A stretch of 62,124 nt of DNA, the filler included, from Platydemus manokwari (taxonomy: Eukaryota): NCBI GenBank assembly GCA_037951405.1. It is 5 parts of 5 records of this genome, joined end to end, with 100 filler letters (N's around TTAATTAATTAA, not from the genome) between each part and the next. Parts side by side here need not be neighbours in the genome. Positions count along the whole stretch, not along the records: positions 50,531 to 62,124 come from JBBMOY010579995.1; 4 more parts are not named here. The stretch is one strand, 5' to 3'. The notes beneath the pieces are model-generated. The model was not told the origin of the DNA and made no database searches. It saw nothing but the letters and a program-made list of their open reading frames with translations. Positions 54,049 through 62,124 of the stretch are shown here, piece by piece (positions within the stretch are counted from its first letter, which is position 1; each line of letters starts with the position of its first letter). The position numbers and the translations under genes are program-made.

Positions 54049-55218
54049 ATGAAATTACATCAACTAGTAAAAGAATGGCTTTCGGAATTCAAATCAAATA
54101 ATGATGATTATTCTGAATTTTATTCCAAATACTTTGGTAACAAAAAGTTTTACACCAAATTAGCTTCTGCCATTGAAAATAAATCAGAAATTGAATCAAT
54201 ATGTCATCAGATTTATAACTTCGCTCATATGAAAAATCCAATGCTTAATAACATGGTTTTAGATTTTCTACCAATTATTCTAGAAACTTATATTATTTTA
54301 TCTTTCACAACTCAAAAGAATAATCGAGATTCCGATAACAGTTTATTGTTAATACGAACGTGTTTGTTGAGTGTGTACAATTTATTAAAGTCCAAAGTAA
54401 CTGACGATCCCGATAAGGATTCTAAACCCTCGTTTTTCATTCCAACGTTCACAGATGGATCAATTTTCCATTCACAAGTCGGTCGTCCAGATTTGGATTT
54501 TCTTAATTATAGCCTCACAGTTTCACAACCAAAGACAACGATAATTAATGATCGCCAATTGGTCCAAGGCCTCGTCCAAATTTACAATCAATTCATTTCC
54601 AATTATTCCGAAGTTTCTCTCAATGATTTCTGCAGTTTTTCTTCCCGGATCGCTGCATTGAATATGCAACCGCGAGTCGACGTAACCAGCGAAACGTTGA
54701 ACGAATTACTCGCGGGGATTTATTTTATCATCTTCAAAAAACAACACACTACTTATGCGACTCAAACGATGAAGGCCATTGAAGCGCGAGCCAACTACGA
54801 GATTATGCCGAGCGTAATTCTGACGGCGAACGCGATTCAGAACTCGCTCAATTCCAATTGGCACGGACAGCCTTTCGATGGGCCAATCGGCCTGAAAACC
54901 GTCATCAAGCCGCGTTCTGAAACGATAACGCTGGAGAATGTCATCACGAACGCCAATTTCAAACCGGAAAAGGTTGCCGAAGATCTCGAACATTTGCTTG
55001 ACATCAATCACAATAGCGTCAAAATCACAAAGTCCGATCCAGGTCACCATGGAAACCGGTCCGATCGCGTCGATATTAGCGACGTCAACGTCCAATTCAA
55101 ACTGACCATCAACACCAACCAGAAAGCCGGCGGGAAATCGACGAAAAACTCTGTCAAATACGAGAAATCACTCCAGAATGGCGAGAATCGCGTGTACGAG
55201 AATGAAGCACAATTTTGA
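54049..55218 (+). CDS. FAM126: Hyccin / FAM126 family (PI4KA complex subunit), single exon, 389 aa
   Basis: ICHQIYNF, FLPII..YI, IRTCLLSVYN, SFFIPTF...SIFH, PRVDV...L.ELLAGIYF, IEARANYEIMPSVILTANAIQNSL and ITNANF..K..ED parallel the conserved hyccin blocks. Confidence 0.85.
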   Translation: MKLHQLVKEWLSEFKSNNDDYSEFYSKYFGNKKFYTKLASAIENKSEIESICHQIYNFAHMKNPMLNNMVLDFLPIILETYIILSFTTQKNNRDSDNSLLLIRTCLLSVYNLLKSKVTDDPDKDSKPSFFIPTFTDGSIFHSQVGRPDLDFLNYSLTVSQPKTTIINDRQLVQGLVQIYNQFISNYSEVSLNDFCSFSSRIAALNMQPRVDVTSETLNELLAGIYFIIFKKQHTTYATQTMKAIEARANYEIMPSVILTANAIQNSLNSNWHGQPFDGPIGLKTVIKPRSETITLENVITNANFKPEKVAEDLEHLLDINHNSVKITKSDPGHHGNRSDRVDISDVNVQFKLTINTNQKAGGKSTKNSVKYEKSLQNGENRVYENEAQF

Positions 55219-55378
55219 AATTTATGATGAAATCGTATTTTTTCTTTTATCGATTGAAGAGAAGTTTTCTATTTTGTCCTTGCGTTTTGTCCCTCACGGC
55301 GAATATCTTGCTCACTAACCAATCCCTTTTCATTATCAGGGTATCGCCAAGTTGATCGATTGAATTGATGATTCACTC

Positions 55379-55407
55379 GTGTGTGTGTGTGTGCGTGTGT
55401 GTGTGTG
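55379..55407. repeat. (GT)n microsatellite
   Basis: GTGTGT run with one GC interruption. Confidence 0.9.
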
Positions 55408-56010
55408 GAATCATGATTGATTGTGTGTGAATGCGAATGTAGCGAACGTTTATCTTGCTGTTTTCATCGAATAATGTTGCTAATTGATTGCATTTATCGA
55501 TCATCATCATTCATTTATGACAAGAGGGGGGTCAAGGGGGTACCCACAAATCATTTTATTATATATATTCGCACCATTATAATCGATTATCAATATTAAA
55601 TGATGGCAATAGATGGGGTGGGAATGGGTAGGTGGGTGGGGGGTGAAAATAACCCCTGATTTCAATCCAGTAGGGGTTGTTTTAATTAACACGATGTGGG
55701 TATCTGGTTTTGATTAAGTTCGATCTTTGATACGCGCGAAATTAATCTTGATCCACTAACGGTGAGGTGAGAAACGTGTTGTTATTCATAAAAAATATGA
55801 CATATTTTGTTGTTTGTTTGAGCTTTTTATCAGTTTATCATTGACAATAGTTTTGATTTTATTAATATTTGTTTGATCTTCATATCAAGCGATTTTTCCA
55901 ATTTTACTTTATCGATAAGTTTGCACAGATTTTACAATGCATTGAACTATTTATCATCTTTTAGGTTGATAATAACTAATAATAATAATTCACTTTCTAA
56001 TGATATTACA

Positions 56011-56372
56011 GATAGTATTGACATTTTGTTACCCCCTCCTTTTTAATACCATTTTGACCCATTAATTATATGACCATGTTTACTCATACACTTACAAACC
56101 GTATCGATAGGGTGTTACCTCCTTCCTATTGAATTTAATACCATTCTGACCCATTAATTACATGGCTATGTTTATAGATTTACTTACAGATAGTATCGAC
56201 ACGTTGTGACCTCCTTCCTATTGAATTTAATACCATTTTAACCCATTGATTACATGGCTATGTTTATGGATTTACTTACAGATAGTATCGACACGTTGTG
56301 ACCTCCTTCATTTTGAATTTAATACCATTATTTCCCATTAACTACATGGCTATGTTTACTTATACATTTACA
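56011..56372. repeat. Tandem repeat, ~92-bp unit x4
   Basis: Units start at 56011, 56097, 56189 and 56281 (86, 92, 92, 92 bp). Core GATAGTATCGACACGTTGTGACCTCCTTCC...TAATACCATT...CCCATT...TACATGGCTATGTTTA...CTTACA. Confidence 0.92.
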
Positions 56373-59300
56373 ATATATGAATTTATTCAAAAGCACTGAG
56401 TTATGAACGTTTATAGAGATTAATTCCAAGTATTTTTGTGAAGGTAAATGTTATCATCATGACTTGTGGTTGTTTTTAATAATTGTATGACTGACTAGGA
56501 ATATATAATTTCAAAGAATCTATCTGCTTTCACATATAGGAATTTTAAAATATAAATTCCTTTGAGGAATTTTTGCTTAAAATCAAATTTTTTAATCATA
56601 GACTTTTTGAGTTTTATTTTCAGACATCAATTTGGTTTGTTTCCACTGCCTTGATTAATGATTTTCTGCTTTGAACATTTTTATTCCAAATTAATTTTCT
56701 TGCAAACATTTCGCATTGTATGTCACTCCATGATAATTATAAAATAATGATATTATCTCTACTGAATTCTACTTTAATAATTATTTATTATAAATTGAAG
56801 ATAAATCATCATCGATATTAATAAGAGAAATTTAATTTTCTGTTTTGATTCGAATAATAATCAATAATTTCTAAAAATAAAATACTCTTCGCACCTCAGC
56901 ATTTTTTTTTATCACCGAGAATAAGTTATAGAGCTATCATTTCTCACCGAAAAAGGAAATGTAATTAAAAGAAATACCTCACTGAAAATTCAGCTAGTCT
57001 AATGGGTATAACTTTAATGGGAAATTCAGCAAGAGGAATTATCACTGATATTCACAAAGTGCTTGTGTTATTGATTTATTAATTTTATCGAATCACATTT
57101 TCTATTTTTTTTTTCTTTTTTCCAATTAATTAAAAGAGAAACATTAGAACATTCTCAATTGAAAATGATCTCTGTTAATCTGGTATCGATTTTCGCTTTA
57201 GGAGAATCACCATATTTCATTGATTGGCTTAATTTTTCCAATGACAAATCAGTGAAGTAAATCGAAATATTGGTTTCTGTCTAGCATAATTAGTATGGTT
57301 ATCTTTGATCGTCTTAACAGACCGGTGAGAGAAAATGATATTTGAAAGTAAAATTATAAATCATAAAATATTTGTCTAACAATATCACTGATAAATTAAT
57401 GGTGCTGAAAAAAGATGAAAAATAATTTGGCTAATGTGAAAACATTAATAATACGCACATAAAAATCTGTTTCTATGTGCACATGGAGAGCATTTCTAAA
57501 ACTATTTATTGTGAAATTTACGTTGCAGTAGTATATTTTAATATAATTGATTTTATAATTTTCAATTTGATCCAAAAATTTTTTATTCCAAAATCCAAAA
57601 TTATTCTTTTGGGGGCGGATGATGCAATTTTCATCAAGTTTCGACAAACTGAGCTGTATTCAATGACATTTAATTTTCCATCATTCAGTAAATTCGATAA
57701 TTGGAGTTTCTTTTGGCATTGATTTACACTGGCTTTACACTTTCTATGTCTCGTTTGATCTTTTGGAAATAATTATTATAATAATTTATTAAATATAAAT
57801 CGATACAGAACAACAATGAATAATGAAATACTAATGAGTCCAGAAATAGATTGTTTATAAACATTGTTGAGTGACATTTGTGTAGAAAAATTATCGAAAA
57901 TTCATGAAATCTGTACCCGTTTATGAGCTAACTATCAGTACGTTGGCTTTAAATAAAGCTAATGACTGTCAGACATGAATAAATGTATGTGAGTGAATTT
58001 AGCAGTGATATTTAGAATTTACGATTCCATGTTTGTAGCGCACTTGATTACTGTATAAAAATATTCTATAATCTCACCCAATAATCAAGATGATCTGAAA
58101 AATTTAATCAAATTTTTATGGTATTTATAACGATTTGAAAAACTAAATTTTAAAATGTTTCACTGTTAGTTAATGAATACCGATATCAACAGAGCTGATA
58201 GTGAATAAAGTAAATTGTTTATAATCTATAATAAGAAGAAAACGGGTTTATCCTCAAGTCTTCAAGTAGGATGATCCCTCAATCAGATATTTTCATTCAA
58301 AAAGATCTAATGACTTATTGTAAAATTGAATTGATAAGTGCAGCCCTAACACAGTTGAACTCTTAAATAAACGACCTGCATCATGCAATGAATGTAGAAT
58401 GATAAATAAAACAATCTCTGAAGGAAGTACCAGAATTTTAATTTATTATAAAAATGAATGCAATCAACTAAAAATCTATTCCAATAAGGCGAAGGAAAAA
58501 TATTTGGCAAATATTTTTTTAAAACTGTAAAGATCAAAGGAACCACTTGATATCAATATTAAAACAAAAAGAATATCTTTCATAATATCTGAATTATTCT
58601 GTCAAAATGAGAGTATTGTCAAGATACACAAAATTCTTGAATAGAACTAACTAAATTGCCAAAATCAGCAACACTGATAATTTCTAATCAATAGTAATTC
58701 TCTCTGGAATAAATTTTCCGGATTATAACGATTTTACGAATTTTATTTTTTATAAATTTGAATGACCTAAAGTGCTTATACAACTACTATGTCAGCCCTT
58801 TGGCTCTTTAACAAATGCGGTTAGAAACATCGGTACCGTATTTCGATAACAATCAAGTCAAGACGATCTGCAATTGTGATTGAAAACAACTAAACAGATA
58901 ATAAAGTTTGGAATTTATTTTCAAAACTAAAATCTGTTGATTTTCTGCTTTATGATTTGATGATTATTGTTGCAAGAATAGAAATGTCAAATAGCGGTGA
59001 GTAAATCTCAAAAAATCTCACAAATCACTGTTTTGAATTCTCATAAAAATTGGTTTGTTTGTTCAACAAATTCAATGAATTATTTGGTTAGATTTTCTCG
59101 ATCACAGTTTTGATAATTTAAACCACTTAACTTTGAAAAAATTGAAAATCACAAAGTAATAAATATTATTTAGTATGGAAATGTTTAGATCTTATTTTTA
59201 TTATCTATATATATATATATAATTGCTAAATACTAATATTTATTCGAAACTATAAATACTTACCTTAAATTTAATAAAACAATGACAAATATTTTAGTAA

Positions 59301-60764
59301 TATAAAGTGAAATGAATTAATTGTAATTTAAATTAAATTACGAATGGATTTTCGATTAGGGTGATATTAATCAATTTCTAAGTCAATATTTAACAATATT
59401 TTATAATTGATAAAAATAATAATAAATGATATTAGATATAAGGTTTAAAAAATGAAATAAAACTCCATTCAGAGTAGTGAGAGAATTTTGTATGAACCAG
59501 TATTTGGGACTGCTTTTACCAATTCGATTTTTGGCTTCACTCGATCTCATCGATGTTTCGGTATAAAGATACATAGGACTGAAAAAACGTGTTCGAAAAT
59601 AGCAATTCATTTATATAGTTGTTGAAATTAGCCTTGAATAAATTGAAGAATTCTGACATCTAATAAATTTTAAAGTAATATTGCTGTCACACTAGAGGTC
59701 GCTATTCTGACTAAACTGCTGGTAAAACAATCACGAGGTGATTGGAAATTGAGATTTTGATTGATGATTGTTGCTGAATAAGATAATATCTCTGATTTTA
59801 ATTAAATATAATGAATATATTACATTCAAATTAAACCCATATTACGTGTTGGTATAAAAAGTTTGTATTTTTTTTTACAAAATCTCAGCGTTTATCATAA
59901 GCGAAATGATTTGACATTTCTATACGCCCTTGGCTACACTTTTTAATAACAATTATTGATACGAATTTATTGTATTGTTTAGCAGAACTTTGCTCGATAA
60001 ATTTAATCTGATTTCGGAATGAAGTGCAATCGATATTAATACACGAATTCTCAACACATAAGTTTGTACCTAGTCAAACTTAATGGGCTTCTGTTTTCCC
60101 ACCTAACTCCTTGTTCTAAAAAAGACAGATTTATTATCCTTCTGCCAATATATATCAGTTACTGACAGGTACTTAAAGATCCATAACGAGTATATATAAA
60201 AATTTATTAGGGTTCAAACCAAAATGATCAGTTGTGTATATTAAACGAGCACTACGTCCTTTTACTTCTCCTTGCCTACCAGCACAGAAACTCGTAACTG
60301 ATACTGCTACCGCTATTACCAGATACTAACAGCCACACTTGATGTGTATTAAAAAATTTAATCATATGTACATATATTCTGAAAACTATATTAGTTGCAA
60401 GGGAACACATAAAGGTACTGATTTTGTTATTCTCAGTGAATGTAAAAGTTTCCAATTAAACCACTCTTTATATATCGATTTCAACGCCACCTTATGTTGG
60501 AAACACAATCACCTTTGTCTTGAATATCAGGTTTTTCTTTAATCAATTTCATGAAAATAATTTCACACATGTCGTAGGAATATTAATTAATTTTTAATTA
60601 TTGCTATATGTGTTTGAAGTATGCACCGCCTTTCCTGTTCTCCATAATTTTTAAGATGTATGTGGTAATTTTTGTTTACATATTTCTCGGGTCTTCGATT
60701 CTAAAATGAAGTGCTAATTCTGGATTAGCGTGAATTTTTTCATTTTCACTTGGAATGTCTAGAT

Positions 60765-61284
60765 CAGTGATTCCCAAACTTTTCGGGTGTACCGTCCCTT
60801 TTCAGAATTAATATTACTTAGCGCCCACAAATCAACTCACATCAATTTTTTTAAACTTTTAGTAGCAATTTATAAAAAAATCTTAATGTTACTTAATATC
60901 TTTTCTTACTTAATTTTAACTTCTCATAATATCACAACAAACTAACTTTTCTTTTAGTTTTATTTCAGTTAATAATTATGGGGAATCCTAGAAATACTAC
61001 CGCTCTACAACCAGACTTCAGCGTTGTAAGCGACAAAGCACACAAGCAGTAGCATTGAATGCGCGATTACACATACTTCAATAAAAAATAGTGAGAACGT
61101 ACACTACGTTGTTTAAAGACAAATTAAGCGTTTTGAGCAAATGAGATACATAAAAAATTTTAATAATCATTTTCTTACATTCTTATAGTATTATCGCCCC
61201 CAAATGAGCTTGTATTCACCACCGAATCTCTGGATCCTTGCAGCTTTCGCAAGGGGGATATAGCACCCACTTTGGGAATCACTG
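60765..61284. mobile_element. hAT (Charlie-type) MITE, 520 bp
   Basis: Perfect 14-bp TIR CAGTGATTCCCAAA / TTTGGGAATCACTG. 8-bp TSD GTCTAGAT / GTATAGAT (7/8) fits the NTCTAGAN Charlie target. No ORF. Confidence 0.92.
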
Positions 61285-61302
61285 GTATAGATTAATAAGT
61301 CG

Positions 61303-61362
61303 TTTAATTTTAATTTTAACTTTAATTTTAATTTTAATTTTAATTTTAATTTTTAACTTTAA
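61303..61362. repeat. (TTTTAA)n simple repeat
   Basis: About 9 hexamer units. Confidence 0.85.
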
Positions 61363-62050
61363 AAATAAAATTTCTAATAACTGTAATATTAACGCATCAA
61401 AATAAAAAGCCCCAACTCATAATTTTCATCAACAAATACATTTTGTGTTTACCTCCAAAATTGGCGTCCTGCGATTGGATTGATTTGCAAATTAACTAGA
61501 TTCATAGCTTACTGATATTTGAAAATGGAATATTTTGTACCAAAAATGTTTTATTTTCCATTAAAATTGTGGCAGAATTCAGATGTTTTCCATTAATGAA
61601 TTCAATTTCGATGAAAATATTTTTTTTGGCATCATTTGTGAAATGTTATTGATAATTATCAGTGGCAATTCACGCTAAAGTGTTTATTAAAATCTTAAAC
61701 GTATTGGCTAGAAATAATATAAAATATTATTTCTGGGTTCGATGGGATAGAGCCCAGGATTAAGAAACAAGTTATTTTCATTTTTGAGATTTCGAATCCA
61801 TCTTAGAGAACTTATAATAATCGATAATACCAAACCACACTGATTCCTTTATTGACTAAATAGCTGAGCATATGTTTTAGCAAAAATGTTATTTTTGGTG
61901 AAAAATATTGAATCTAACTTATGAACGTAATTATGAGATAGTTTTCATACACAAATAGCTTACAAAATCAGGCCTATTGCTTAGCGATCTTGTATGAATC
62001 ATTTAATTTTCTCATGATTGCTTCGTTATTATTACTGATTTCATATTGAC

Positions 62051-62067
62051 ATTATTATTATTATTGA

Positions 62068-62124
<57 letters not shown>
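62051..62124. repeat. (TTA)n microsatellite at window end
   Basis: Long ATT/TTA run. Confidence 0.9.

Noticed and set aside
54706-55095. 129-aa antisense ORF
   Set aside because: It is a shadow of the GC-rich hyccin codons with no recognisable protein features.
56011-56372. CRISPR-like array
   Set aside because: Whole units repeat with no unique spacers, there are no cas genes, and the context is eukaryotic.

Overview
AT-rich eukaryotic (animal) genomic DNA. The very short (~45-55 nt) GT-AG introns, low GC and gene content look planarian/flatworm-like, which is inference. The window is five contigs joined by artificial N44-TTAATTAATTAA-N44 linkers, plus one plain N gap. Recognisable genes: IFT46 (-), CLUH/clueless (-, 3' end lost at a contig join), an intronless GT31 beta-1,3-glycosyltransferase (+), PSMA7 (-), SSR3/TRAP-gamma (+), intronless hyccin/FAM126 (+), and two unidentified ORFs/genes. 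Mobile DNA: a solo LTR with TSD, a decayed RLE-type non-LTR retrotransposon, a hAT/Charlie MITE, and a 6.75-kb Ty3/Gypsy-derived element (39677-46428, - strand). The most notable find is inside that element. Its two LTR copies appear identical over 521 bp, yet gag/RT are broken and no RNase H or integrase is recognisable. It carries an intact antisense 237-aa ORF and a type III hammerhead ribozyme fold (40979-41036, - strand) that is complete except for a single G12A core change. This suggests a possibly undescribed ribozyme-bearing, cargo-carrying non-autonomous LTR element.
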